Assembly (NCBI GenBank): GCA_029953675.1
Contig: JAMWBK010000003.1
Location: 806,001-870,000 of the forward strand
DNA from: Rhodosorus marinus CCMP1338
Taxonomy: Eukaryota; Plantae; Rhodophyta
Reading direction: 5' to 3'
DNA: 64,000 nt
The translations under genes were made by a program, and so were the position numbers. Of this stretch, positions 46,812-60,100 are shown piece after piece (the first letter of the stretch is position 1; each line of letters starts with the position of its first letter). The notes below the pieces were generated by a model. That model ran no database searches and had not been told where the DNA came from. It saw only the letters and a program-made list of their open reading frames with translations.

Positions 46812-48917
46812 TCACAGGACTCTTTCAAGTCTTGACTGGACTGTCCTGAGCCTGCTCTCAACTGAAGTTGTACAAAGCAGGGGGTAGACAGCATCGTCGT
46901 TCCCCCGAGCGAGAATGTGTGCCAGAGATGCCATCCAGAAAGATAGTTCGTCGTCTTCCGGAGGCAGCTCCCCGATTTCCTCAATGATGCTTCCGAGGAT
47001 CGTACTCCTCCCGAGAGCCGAATTGGAAACCAAAGACCTGCAGGTCTACAGGTTCGCGTGACGGATTTAAAAAAACCGATCCCTTAGCCAAGCGAAGAGA
47101 CATAACGTGTTTCCATTCTGTGCGGGCAAGATACCGATGCACTTCGCTCGATAGACGATCGAATAGCTTCATCTGCAGTAGCCGAGTCCTCATCCTCAAA
47201 GTACTCAATTTTCGCGAGATTGTATCCGTCCCTATTAGATCGCTCCTTAATACGGAACCTAGTCAGTGTCGTAGAGAATGAAACGAAAGATCTGAGCTTT
47301 CCAGGCTCCGTGCAGACGTATGGCCTGAAAGCCACAAGCGCTTCTAGGTGTTTGCGGTGGGCGATTGAATCCAAGAGTATACAAACCTTCGAAGTCCAAC
47401 AGTTTCAACAAACGATCGACCATCCGGAAGCACCTCCTGCTTGCGGATATACAACATAGTTCCCACATCAGAGTACGGCTCTCCCACCGATGAACACATT
47501 CCTGAACCGCGTGTTGAAATGAGCGAACCAAAAGAGTAAAACCCAAACTGTCAAAGCGCTGGTCGCTGGACTACCAGCTTCAGGCCAAAGCTGGTAGTCC
47601 AGCGTCGCGATGGTACAGGTGAGTTTGGAAGGGTCGAGTATCTTACCAAACATTCGAAATCTGCTCTCTAGGCAGCGTCTCATCATCTGATACAAACAGT
47701 CAATGACAAAACGCGGTTTCCATGGGCCGCTACTGCTCAGCTTTGCTGATTCTTGTTGTTTCTGGATAGTTTGACGGGGGGCTTACCAGTCTGTATCGGG
47801 GCTCGAATATGTGAAGGTTGCAGCGAAGTCCCGGCCATGCTATCATGCACACGAAAATGGGAACGAAGCCGTCCTCGGACATGAATTCGTCCATCTCCTT
47901 CTTGGCGTTTGCCTGCCATTCCTCGTACTCTCGAGGTGCCAGCTCCCGAAGCACTTTCTCCAAAATTCTGTTCGTTTTTAGGTTTTTGGGGTTCGCGTGG
48001 ACCCAAGCTGCAAAGTCGTCTAGGGGTTCGCGAGTCAATGGGCATACGGGCGCCGCGGCACATCCGGAGGTTGGGTTGGTTACCTCGAGGGCTCTGGTGA
48101 TACACTCCCTGCAGACGGTGTGGCCGGTGGGGTATGTACAAGGCTCGAAAAACAGTTCGGAGCAGCAAAAACACTCGAAAATGTCCAGTTTGTCCATAGA
48201 AGAGAGGGACTGATCTTCGGGAATGTCATTTACTTCCGATTTGATCCCGCTCAGAATCTCGTGGCTGAAGAGCGGATGGACATCGCTTCCATCCGTCAGC
48301 TGAGTGAGCACCTTCGCTGTCCGCTTGTTCAACGAACCCACCAACGCGACGCTAATGAGGATATCGTGAAGGGCCTGTGCCGAGTTCTCATTCGCCAGCT
48401 CACGTTTCGCCTTGTACATCCATATCTCAGCCAATACAGATCTCTTCTTCACGGTCTCCTTCTCTGGATCCACTGCCGCGCCCTCAGCCAAGCTCTTCAA
48501 AACCTCAAGCTCCGTTTCATAATAATTCCGCACAAGCTCTCTCACAACCACATCCACATACTTGGCTCGTTTCCAGTCCACTCTAGTGAACAAAAAACCC
48601 CACCCTTCCTCCGATCTAACCTCATCATAACACCCTCGACAAGCCGTATAACCTTTACAAGTCGTTACAGGTTCAACCAACAATCCACAACATACAACAC
48701 AATCAAATAGTCTCACATTCTCCTCCTCATCCTTCCCCTCCCCCTTCCCATTCAGCAACACCTTCAACTCCTCCTTCAACCCATCCATCCTCGTCTCCTC
48801 CTTATCCTCCTTCACCCCTTCCACCAATCCAGAGCTCCCCACTACATATACATCCCCACCACTGCTTGATCCTTTCAGCCAACTCCTTACCGTATTTATC
48901 ATCCGGTTCATATTCAT
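46812..48917 (-). CDS. LON N-terminal (PUA-like) domain and RING finger protein (LONRF-like), multi-exon
   Basis: Two RING-like segments, then PIFV..PG..LHIFEPRYRL|MMRRCL, DGRS..EAL..FRI, GYNLAKIEYFED. Confidence 0.85.
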
Positions 48918-48968
48918 CCGATTCCGATATACATTCTCAAAAGAAATCTCTTCATCAGATACAGCTCT

Positions 48969-48971
<3 letters not shown>

Positions 48972-49006
<35 letters not shown>

Positions 49007-49095
49007 ATCTCTCTCTCTATCTTTCCCTCTTGCTATCTGTCTCTCTCTGTCTCTCTCTCCATCTCCTCTATCTCTTTGTGTCTATCTCCCTCGCA
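48972..49095. repeat. (CT)n microsatellite / pyrimidine tract
   Basis: Perfect (TC)n about 48972-49002 decaying into a CT/CTAT-rich tract, upstream of the LONRF start. Confidence 0.95.
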
Positions 49096-49139
49096 CTCTC
49101 CCCCCGTCGATGACGTTACGATGCGAGTTCATCGACCAC

Positions 49140-49800
49140 TACAGAGAAGGAGGACAGTGAGAGCTTCCTGAATGAGGTACTTTACTCACAGGTCACTACT
49201 AGTTCTTCGAACGCCATAGAGAAAGAGGAGAGTTAGGGTCATGAACTGGGCAGGCGGCTAGTGCGCGGGACAAAGATGACCAGGTTTGAACTGGGCTTCA
49301 CCGTTCACCTTAGCAGATTGTAGCGCCATGAGGGATTGACTCTGCGATGCCTGGGTCAAGGACATTATGAGGTTTCACTACTAGCTCATCGAACACCATA
49401 GAGAAAGAGGATAGTGAGACTCTTCTCAACGTGTTGCTCACAGATCAGGACTCTGGCTAAACCTAACACACCAGCGAAGAGGGTAGTTAGGCTCATGAAT
49501 TGGGGAGCAGCTAGTGCCCGAGGGAAAGATGACCAGGTTTGAACCGCACTTCACTCTTCATCTTGGTGAGCGTAGCGCCAAGAAGGATTGACTCTGGCGG
49601 CATGCCTGAGTGACTCAAGCATGGCGAAGAGGATAGTAGGAGCGGTCATGGGGTAAGAGGTTTGTTATCTAGAGGAAAGGATGGCGAGTTTTAGCCGTGG
49701 TTTACTCTTCACCTCAGAGAGAGTAGCGCCAATAGGTCGGGCCTCCGCTATGCCTTAGTCACTGAGGCATAGCGGAGAGGAGAGTGACTCCTCAATGCTG
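49140..49800. repeat. Degenerate ~150-bp tandem array with terminal hairpins
   Basis: Anchors tcatg at 49239, 49493, 49646 and gtagcgcca at 49320, 49572, 49723; perfect 13-bp stem at 49743-49777. Confidence 0.75.
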
Positions 49801-50411
49801 TAAAAGAGTCAGAGTAGTTTCTGCTTTGGTCCCGTCGCATCGAGTTGACCGATGATTTGCTACGGGCGGTCTAAACCTTCCGATTGAGGTCGCTGCTCAC
49901 CAAGCCGAGCGCTTCTACACTATTGCGGTCGATGCAAAGTGAGCAAGAAGTTTCTTCTCTTCCCCAGAGGAATCCCTGCATGCTACGGATGTAGCTTTCG
50001 ACTTTTTCGCGGATACCTCGCGCGGACTAAATGGTAGAAAGTGGACTTCTAGTCGAGGAAGGCCGAGCCGAGGGCTCGAAAACAGAGTACACAGCTGCTG
50101 AATGGACTGCTGATAGTCTGAAGTTGAACAGTTTAGTAACAAAAGAACAGCATAAACTCTGGATAAACATTAATCTCAAAAATTAAACGAATATAACACG
50201 TTCTGATACAAACGCCAATGTCGGCTTCACACTTGACAAAAGAAAGGGTATCTCGGCCCACACACATCACAACCTTCCCGAGTAGAGGATCAAATTCGTA
50301 TAAACACTCTTCCGCAGCTTAAAATCATGTACAAGACATAGCCTCCCATCAAGTTTTCGACAACGGGGCGATCATAGTGGGTCAACGCTAGGCTGCGAGG
50401 CTATTTTCGGA

Positions 50412-51593
50412 CTAGACCAGACAATGCTTTGAACTCCTGAGCTTTCGATCTCTGCGCTGGCTCTCCTCTATTATCTTCTTCTTCTCCTCCGCCCCTGCCA
50501 TGTCTCCTGCTGTCATTGCGATGACATCCCCCCTATGGCGTGAATCGGTTGGAAGCGGGTCGTGGCTGGGTTTGGAAAGAACAAGCTTCCCGTTCAAGGA
50601 ATCCTGAACATTCCAAATGCGCCGCCCGTTGTAGTCCAAACAGCTCAACCAGGATCCTTCGATGATTCCAGCTTCCTCTCCATTCTTCAGAATTTGACCT
50701 CGGAAATAATCACTCGGCAAGTTGCGATTCTTTCCGAACACGATCTCACATGAAAGGCCGTTCATTGCATCCTCCAACTCCATCGCCCCATAAATATCAT
50801 GCCTGTAGACTCCCATCATCACATTGTTGAACAGGTCACGAGGCATACGCACAGTAATAGAACTGCCATCATCAAACTCCACTGTTCGAAGACCTTTGTT
50901 GATAAGCCTCAATTCGTTCACCCCAAACTTTGCAGAGAAACACAAATCTCCGTGCATTTTGAATCCTTCGCCTCTCACCTACGATGGAGCGGGAACAGGA
51001 GCTACGTGATTAGCGCCAAGAATACAATTGTATGCTAGGAAAGGAGTCAAAACAAGCTGCCAAAACACCACGTGAGCACGCACCTGGAACGCTGTTATCG
51101 GTGGGTGATGGCTTGCTTGCTCGATGTACAGTTGGGAGGTTTCACCAACTACTGCCTGATACGTTTCCCCAATGGTAGGATTGAGGGGTTTCCTTGCTCC
51201 AGATGTCAAATGCAAGCCAGCAATATTAACAGCTGCCATTCTCGCTAGTCTTTCCACTGGGTCGCTCGACTTGCCAGCCGCTACTAGGAAATGGTCAGAA
51301 TAAGACAGCGTCTTGGCCAAGTTTTGCAGAACTGTTGTCGGCTCAGAACATTTCGCAGGAAACGTCACGTATAGAAGGTCCTTCCCCCTCAAAACGTTCA
51401 TACCAATCTGCTTAATAATATCAAAAGCCACCCTCCGCTGCGCCGACACAATCGCTTGGCTCTCAGTCATCCCTCCTCGCGCATGCGCCCCAGGATGCCT
51501 GGGGTCCTTATCCGCTACATCCTCCTCCTTCTTCGAGACCACCGCAACGGGCTCTCGACGAAATAACTTCGCAACAAAACTCTTCTCAGTCAT
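50412..51593 (-). CDS. Oxysterol-binding protein (short ORD-only, Osh4/Kes1-like), 1 intron
   Basis: RKPLNPTIGETY, EQASHHPPITAFQ|V (OSBP fingerprint EQxSHHPP), LPTDSRHRGD, KKKIIEESQRRDRKLR. Confidence 0.9.
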
Positions 51594-54528
51594 ACCCCTC
51601 CCCCCTTTTCCCCAACGACCAACCCCGCCAACCCCCCCCAAAACAATACCAAAACCGACCTCTCCTCCCTCTATCTCCTTACAACCAAAAAACGAGAAAT
51701 CCACCCAAAACCAGGCCCTGAATCCCCTGCAAACTCCCTCCTCAACCCTCTCCAGCTGAGAACTCCCAACCTGCTGTCCTCAATATATAATCTCTCCCAC
51801 TCCTCTCTCCCACTCTCCTTCCCCCACCCTCTCTACACACCCTCTCTGCACCCATGTGAAAAACCCAAAAACACAAAGACACAAAATGAATAAAACTCCA
51901 TCGCCAACCAACAAAAAAAAACACCTAAATAAACGATAGAAAAGACAGTCTGTCTTTACGTGACATTGGGTCCAATAAAAATCCACAATTTTCGTAGCAT
52001 TCCATAACGAAACCCCCCCTCCCTTCTCCGCTAAAATCAACCCTTCCTATCGAATATTCCCAAATCACGCGATCAATAAACTGATGCTCTACCCCCCCTT
52101 GTTCTGTAGAATCCGAAAAGCTTGTTTTTCGTTTTTGAAAAAATTAAATACGACCTAAAGATTTTTTGTAGGGAGTTGAGGGTATTTCGAGCGGTGCTGT
52201 TTTTTGGGTTTTGAAAATTCTGTCCCACCCCCGCGTCTCCCCCCCCCCCCACCCCGCTGGAGATGGGGTAGGGGGTGATAGTTGGTGCTCATTTTTATGG
52301 AAGAGCGGTGGGCTGTGGATATAATTTCCCTAATTCATGCGATCTTCAGGGGGGGGTTGTACACAGAATTCTAAAATACGTTTAAATATTGAAGTATTTT
52401 ATTCAGTTCCAATGAATGGTGATAGGCAAACGGAATTTCTTTCTTTTTATCCAGTTTTTCTAGGTTTTGAAATACTGTTTGGTTATTTATTTTCTGAAGT
52501 GGGATGGAGTTGGCGATGTTTAATTCGATGGAGGATTGCACATCCTGGATTTTTTTAATTGTTTAGAAACGAGAGAATTTTTTCCCTGTGGCTGCAAATA
52601 GAAATTCCGGTCCATTAGCCTGACGGGCGACTTTTCTCACGTGGAGTCTGACTGTTGCCAGCGTCTGCCCAAAAAACTCCAGAGATTGTGAAAGAAGATG
52701 AATTCGGGAGGCCAGCGAATTTAACTTTTGGGTGCGAGAATCGCGTCTGCACGGCGCAAGATCCAAGATGATAGATAGGGATATCACAGGGTTTGCTGAC
52801 GAGTACTCCAGGTTGCTGACAGTTTCCTGACTCCAAACCCCCCAACCTCCACGCCCGCAGGTTGAGGAGGCTGGCCCTCGGCCAGCCCCGTCAGCCAGCC
52901 TCCTCAGCCGCTCGCGACAACCGGCATTCCCAAGCCAGTGTGGGGTCGGGGACTCGGACTAAGAATGGTGAATGTTCGAGCACTGATAACCGATGGCGGT
53001 CACACAATGTTTTTATTGCGGGTTGTACTGCCATATGACACGAGATTTTTTGGATTTTGTCCCCCCGGCAAGCGGGCGAGCACTTACCAGAAAACTAGAA
53101 GACCCTGAGAACGCGATCGGTCGGTTGGGCTTGGTAAAAGAACGACTGGGGACAGAATTGCTTTCAGAGATTTAGGCTCCCTGGTAGTCTTCTTGGAGGT
53201 GAACCAAAGGCGGTTCCAGCTTTGGTTGATTCTGGATCAATAACTACAGTCCTCGTCGTCAACGGCTCTACGACAGGGTGTGTCTGACGTTGTCGACACG
53301 GTCGACGTACAACAACGTCTTGGGGAAACTGAGCACTTTGTCGATGCTCACGGTAGTATTAGGGTTGTCCCATCGCTTGGTAAGTAAAAGAAGCACATAA
53401 AAGGATTCGGTAAAAAAAGGGGAAGAGGACGCCAATTTGGAGGAGTCCGTCTCCACCAAATACTTCCTATCAAAATCGCACCTACACCTGTTAAGGTTTG
53501 CATCTCGACGACAGCACGCATTGCAACGGTCACCACCCTGTCACCTTGCTGCCGATCCTTAACGCCTCGGAGACCATCAGCAAAGCACGTAGCCGGGCTT
53601 ACCTTACACACCAGGACACATCTACAGTAGTACAATTAGTACCTAAAGCAACTCTAAATACATCAAAACATGAGAAAACACTCTGATAGTACAGAGCCGA
53701 CCCCTTCAGTAAAATATTTCAAGAAGATACATACTATCTCAGCGCCTCATTGATCGATTCAATATACATAATTTAATTTAATTTTGACTGGTGCGTCCCG
53801 AAACTTCGATTGGTTTTAGAAGGATTTCGATGACAAACTCCCAGTTGTCATAAAATGTCCAATAAAGAACCAAGCACTGAAAAATTGAATAAATAAAAAA
53901 GGGAGCAATAGTGAATAAGAATATTTTTAAAAACCTGTCATATTTGTCAGACAATTTTTTTTGCGAAGATTTTCTTTCCAAGAGCCGTTATGTGTTTCTT
54001 TGTTTATTCAATTTTATTAGTACTATGATGAACTAATATGTCAATTTTCTGTACTATTATTGTATTTTATCGGACCGATGATGATGAACCCTAGAACGGT
54101 GGGGAGGGAGGGGAGAGAGGGAGGGGAGAGAGGGAGGGAGGAAGGTGATGGATAGATGATATATGTTCATGCTTGTTTTGAGAATTTGTGGTTTTAACTT
54201 GTTTTGAATCAGAGGTTTGTCCTTTTTTAGTAAAGAGACCTTTATTTTGGTGGTGGTTTGGCTGTTGAGGATTCGGCTGTGGTTACACCTTTTTTTTTGT
54301 GTGTGTTTTTTGTTTTTTTTGGAGAGTGTACTTGGGATGTTTTTGAGTTTTTTGGGGGAGGATTGGTTGAAGAGCGGCTTGGGGTTGTGAGGACGTTGAG
54401 GTGTTGAGAAGTTTGTGAACGGGGAGGAGGGGGACGAGAAAGAGCTCGGTTGTCTTTTCTGTGGGTGGTTGTTTCCCTGTTCTTTTTTGGGGGAGGGGAG
54501 GGAAGAGGGGGGGGGGTTTGCGGTTGTC

Positions 54529-55013
54529 ATGAATTTGCGAAAGTTGGGCCTCGTTTTGTCGCTAGTGGTTTTGTTTGGGGCAGTTCTTGTTGTGGCTAGC
54601 GAGGTGAGTTTCGGGTTCTTGCAATGACGGACTTGTTGTTTGTTTTGGAGACCTGCTAAGCCTGACAAGATTGTACCACGTTTTGTACATACCAGGAACT
54701 AGAGGGAGTTAGTACAGCTCTTGAAGATGATTCGGAAGTCCAAGCCGAAGAAAAGCCCAAAATCAAACCGAGGGAACATCATTTTGTAGCTTTCTTTGTG
54801 CTCATAATTATTGCCGGGGCAATTTGGAAGCTAACTCAACGAATGAGGGATCAGAACCGACGAGTGAATGCGAGCATCTTCACTGCCATTCCCAGTGCGG
54901 CTTACGAGACGAAGCAAAGCCCCGCTGTTTTCACAGTCGCGGACGAGGACGAGCTGGCGGAGCTCGGCTACGGTAGCGAGGCGGTTCGAGGAAGAGAGTA
55001 CAGGGCTGGCTAG
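54529..55013 (+). CDS. Small type I membrane protein (130 aa), unknown family, 1 intron (54604-54695)
   Basis: 25-aa signal peptide exon, phase-0 GT-AG intron, acidic ectodomain, TM FVAFFVLIIIAGAIW, basic stop-transfer and cytosolic tail. Confidence 0.7.
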
Positions 55014-55215
55014 ATATCGCCGGGAGCGGTTTGAGGAGACTTTGGTAGTGATAGTCAAATCGCGAAATTTGGTTCCAATAGGTTTGTTTCTTGTTTAGTT
55101 TTCTCGTTACTTGTTATTAATATTATATCAACCACGATTGCAACCCAATCGAACTCGACTTCGGAGCGTTGTGGTGTGTTTGCTCGGACGAGGGCGAGTT
55201 TCAGAGCTTGCCCGG

Positions 55216-56083
55216 TTATCGTTTCTTTCCAAAGATCTTAGCCAGAATTTCCTGTTCCGGCTCTTCGTCACTTCCTTCGCGGGCTTCGTCGTTTTCTCTC
55301 CGTGCCACATTTTGTTGAAACTTTCGGACGACCTGCTTTTCAAAGCGGCGCATTTAGTGACTACCGGAAAGGCTGAATAGGAACACGGGGTGCAGGTGGC
55401 TACCCACCTTTACACTCGTCTTGTCTTCAGATTCTGTTCTAGACGCTTTCCTGCTTTCCATTGCTTTTATAGCCTGGGCCTGATCAATTCTATCAAGGAA
55501 CTCATCCCGTTCCTTTCTCGCTTCTGATATGTCATGCCGAAGCCTTATATCGTGCGTGCGACGGTCAGCCGCGGCTTCGTCAGTTAAGTCGGTCCATTTG
55601 AAACCTTTCAAGTACCTGCAATGGATAACTTATGGACTTAGGATTTTTGACTTTGCGTGCAGTCCGGCAACGGCGACACCACTGAAATACTCACCTGATG
55701 GACCACACATCGTCGTGGTAGTAATTACGCTTTCTCCCCCCAACAGCTTTGTTGTTCAACAGCACAGCAGCTCTTCTTGCATCCCTTTTGTCATAAAATT
55801 CGACCCATCCCTCCTTGAAATTCACACGCCGACTGCCCCCGCCACGCAGCCGACTAGACCTCTCCTCTTCAGATTCTGCCCTTAGATACACTCTGTCAAT
55901 TCGCCCCACCTCGCCAAGCAGCGAGCGAATCTTGTTCGGCTTGAAAAAGGGAGGGAGTCGGGACAAGTAGACGATTCCTCTCCTGCTCTGCTCCTTCTTA
56001 AAGCGCTCTACACGCTTCTTCGACAACGGCTTAAGCACAGCACCACCCTTCTCATTATCCGCCCCCTCTCCCTCTTCAACCAT
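55216..56083 (-). CDS. ESF2: Pre-rRNA processing protein ESF2 / ABT1, 2 introns
   Basis: GIVYLSRLPP, GRIDRVYL, FKEGWVEF, LNNKAVGGRKR.YYHDDVWSIR|YLKGFKWTDL. Confidence 0.95.
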
Positions 56084-57148
56084 CCTCACAGTTCAAAGCC
56101 CCTCCCCCCCCCCACCCAACAAAAAACCTCCAAAACCTTGACAGGCCTTTTCAATCGTGTTCTTAAACAGTCTCCCACATAGTCAAAACCATCCCTCTCC
56201 AAAACTTCTCCACAGCTCACATCCATGCCCTTCAACCACATGCCCCCGTTGTAGACACTTCTTTCCAATCACACACACCGTCCCCACCGAATGACCGAAC
56301 CGCATCCCCACCCAAAACCTCCGCCGCAACAATCCAATTAAAAAACAAATGTTAAACAATAAACAAACCAAAAACGAATACTCCGCGCTCCCCGCCGCCA
56401 TCAAAAAACCCCTCATTCTTCTTATTGATAATTTATTCAAATACAACAACAACGCTTCATCTAATTATTATCCAAGTCCAACTCGCATTTATCAGTCAAT
56501 ATATTACGAATCAATACACAGTATATAAACTAAAATGACTGATACACCTTATTAAGAAAAGGAATATCCAGTCAGATTGCACCAGAAAAAAACTGGTATC
56601 ATTCGCGATGTGTTTTTTTTGAAAACAATAAATCTTGCTCTTTTGTGGATGTGGAGATGTGTTGTGGTTTTTTGATGACCTTGATAAGGTTTCTTGTTAT
56701 TTGTTTTGGGGAGATTTTAGTAAGGAAATGCGGAGGTTTTCTTCAGGGTTGTTAGCTCTTTCTCTGTATTGGATCTGGACGTGGTGAGGGAGGATTGTGA
56801 GTGTGCGTGCGTGTTTGTATGTACGTGAGTGTGAGTGGGGAGGGGAAACAAGGGCGGGAGGGGGGGAAGGGGGAAGGGAAGTGGGGGGCTGGTGGTGGGT
56901 AGAAGGGGGAAAGCATAACGGCAAAAATGCTGTATGTCTAATAGATCTTACCTTTTGTATGGAAGGAGATCTGATTTGTTTTGGGTTCGGCGGTTGATGA
57001 ATCGTTGTGGTATTTTTGTTTTGTGTGTGGTTGTGTGTGTGTGGTGGGCGTGGGAAGTTTGTGGCTGCTGGAGGGTTGTTTTGAGGGGAGGGAGGGAGGG
57101 GGTTGATGAAGTGAGAGATTACGAGTCTGAAGATCTGGACTGGTCAGG

Positions 57149-60100
57149 ATGACTCAGGAATATACTCGAGTCACTTTTAAAGTGTCATGTACGACTACGG
57201 ATACGGAGCGGTGCGGGGAATTTCCACAGATCGCAGTGCATGTCTCGCACTTGCTTCGTTGTTTGCTGTACTGGTTGTTATCTAATAGGATCTGTACTCG
57301 TGTTTACGCGCGTCTATGACTCGTATTTTGTTCGTCGTCATTCTGTATGGTGATCGTCAGCGTTGTGATCGCGGGGAGCGATCCAGCGCTGGGTGGATGG
57401 GATCCACTGAGGAGAGGCGTGAAACTGACTGAAAGCAGCGATGGATTGTGGTCAGTTTCTGTTTCTTTGCGTACGGGCAAACGCTATGAGTACAAGTACG
57501 AAAACCAACCTTTGTGGTCTGTCTATACATCGAATGCCGTCCTCACTTTTTGGGCGCCATCGCTTTCCCAGGTACTTTATCGTTGAGAAGGAGGACAGCG
57601 ATACCGCTACTCTATTTTCTAAATCCCCAGGCCCGCAATCCCTGTAAGTATGAACCCTTGCCGCGGGACTTAACTTGGAAGGATTTCCTCGGCAGTTATC
57701 TGAATTTACTGTACCTATTCTTTCAGCCGGGGAGAAACCTTTGATATTAACAGGAAACTCACCACATCTGGACAGGCCATGGAGATTAGCGACGGCGTAT
57801 TCAACAAAAGCGCTGCCGGTAGTGGATACTCCCTATTAGCAATTCTCACTCCTAAAGCGTTGGCGCTGAAAACATGCTCTTGTTCGACAACTTGCCAGGA
57901 GAGAGTCGCATCAAGCTCATTGAAAGGGTCCTTGACCAGGCCGAAAGAGTGTTGATTATTGCACTGTATCGATTGCCGATCATCTCTCAAATCGATTCTG
58001 ACGGTGAGCTGGGTTTTGCGGGCTCTACGAATTTTTGGGGGAGGGCTAATCCATCGCATTTGACAGGGAACTGGAGTTTCGATTGGGATGACGACGCTTT
58101 GTATTCAACATCCGTCGGATTTCGAAAGGGTATCAGCAACAGAAAGGTCCTTTGGGTTGGGATCCTGAACACTAGCTTTGAGGTCTCTGACGATGAAGTT
58201 CCTCTCATACGAAAGGAGCTGTTCGACAAGTATGTTCCACCCATTGCTTGCTTTGCTTGCGGAAAGCTTTCTCATGAAGGAGTTCGCGCTCTGTTTCGGA
58301 TTTGACAGATTCCAATGCTACCCTTTGTTTATCCCGAAAGCAACTCTGACCAAATTTTACCAAGGATTTTGCAAAGGTCTGTATTGTTGTGCCCCCCCGT
58401 TTTCCACATCTGTGTTCACGTCTTAACGCCTGCTGATTGTCCTTTTTCAGGAGTTCTCTGGCCTATTTTCCACACCGTAAACCACGTGAGCGATCAGAAT
58501 GGGCACACGAGCGAGTTTGATGATGGTCTTTGGAAGGTCTACAACGAAGTGAATGAAATTTTCGCTAAGGCGGTGCGATTGCCCTCACATTGGATTCTCG
58601 AATGCCCGCGCCCGGTTTAGGTCTTGCCGGTCCCGATTGTACAAAGAGCTCACTTTGTCCGCCCTTTTCGGTCCGCAGGTAATCAAGCTCTATGAAGTTG
58701 GCGCCATGATCTGGATTCATGACTATCATTTGATGGTCCTCCCTGGCTACCTCCGAAAGCAGCTTTCTGGTGCCCACATTGGCTTCTTCCTGCATATTCC
58801 CTGGCCGTCGTCTGAGGCGTACAGGATACTGCCAATGCGGGAAAAGATCTTGGCCGGCTTGCTTTCGTCGTCGTTGATTGGCTTTAACCTGTTCGATTAC
58901 ACGAGGCATTTTCTTAGCGCCTGTGTGAGGATTCTGAACGTCCAGCAAGAATCGAGCCGAGGGACCATCGGCATCAGCTATGGAGGAAGGCACGTCGTTA
59001 TTCGAGTTAGTCACATCGGAATCCATCCGGAAAGGTTTTCCGAAGCCATATCTACTTCGAGTGTACAAGAGATCGAATCGCGTTTGCGGGAAAAGTACAA
59101 GGGAAAATTCGTGCTCGGTGGTATCGACGACCTAGACTTCATCAAGGGCATCTCGCTCAAACTTGAAGCGTTTGAAACCCTGCTCGAGAGTATCCCGAAG
59201 TACAGGAACGAAGTCGTACTCTATCAGGTTGCGGTGCCGAAAGCGGCGAGGGTACAAGAGAGAATTCGTGATGAAATAAGAAACCGAGTGAAGACCATCA
59301 ATGAGAGATTTGGAACACCTGATCATATACCTGTTGAATACGTCGAGAACGATATCCCCTTTGCTGAACGCGTCGCATTGTACAGGTAAGGGATTCTTGT
59401 TAGCTCATATCTGGTACGAGAATGACCGTTCCAGTCAGTACGCAATACGATTTTGATCATTCGGCAACGCTGTTCCCAATGTAGAGTCACGGACGCCCTC
59501 TTCTTAACCCCGATTCGTGATGGCTTGAACCTGATCCCATACGAGTACTTGATTTCCACGGAAGACAGTGGCAACGGCCAATTGATCCTCAGCGAGTTCA
59601 TTGGTTGTTCAAGAGCACTATCAAGTGCACTGCGCTTGAATCCATGGTCTCCGAAGAAGGTAGGTGTCTAGATGCTGACTTACGAGGAACAATCGCCGGT
59701 GCCGACGACCTAGGAAATAACTATGGTATAACAGTTCTAATTTCAAACTTTCCCACGTTTTGGATACTAGCTTGCGGATTCGATTGACTTTGTCATTCAA
59801 CGAGATCCCCAGGAAGTCAAGGGCAGGCACGTGGCTGACACGAACTACGTCAAGAGCCACACCACGGAGAAGTGGATAGAATCATTCTTAAAAGATCTTG
59901 AGACCGCGAACGAGCCTGTGCAGAACGTGCTTTATTTGGTATGGCCCTGGAGTAACCCGTTGGCTGCTGCAAGTTTAGATAATTGAGAGCTTTCTGAGTG
60001 ATCCATTTTTTGCTGTTTGTAGGGACTTGGGTTGGGCATTGGAAAGCGTCTTGTAGAGTTTGCTGGCTATTCCCGCCTAAGCATTGCGGAGGTTCTGAAA

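Noticed and set aside
49140-49800. The hairpin array as a CRISPR-like or leucine-rich-repeat coding array
   Set aside because: Units are long and diverged with no repeat-spacer pattern, no cas genes and no open frame; the context is eukaryotic.
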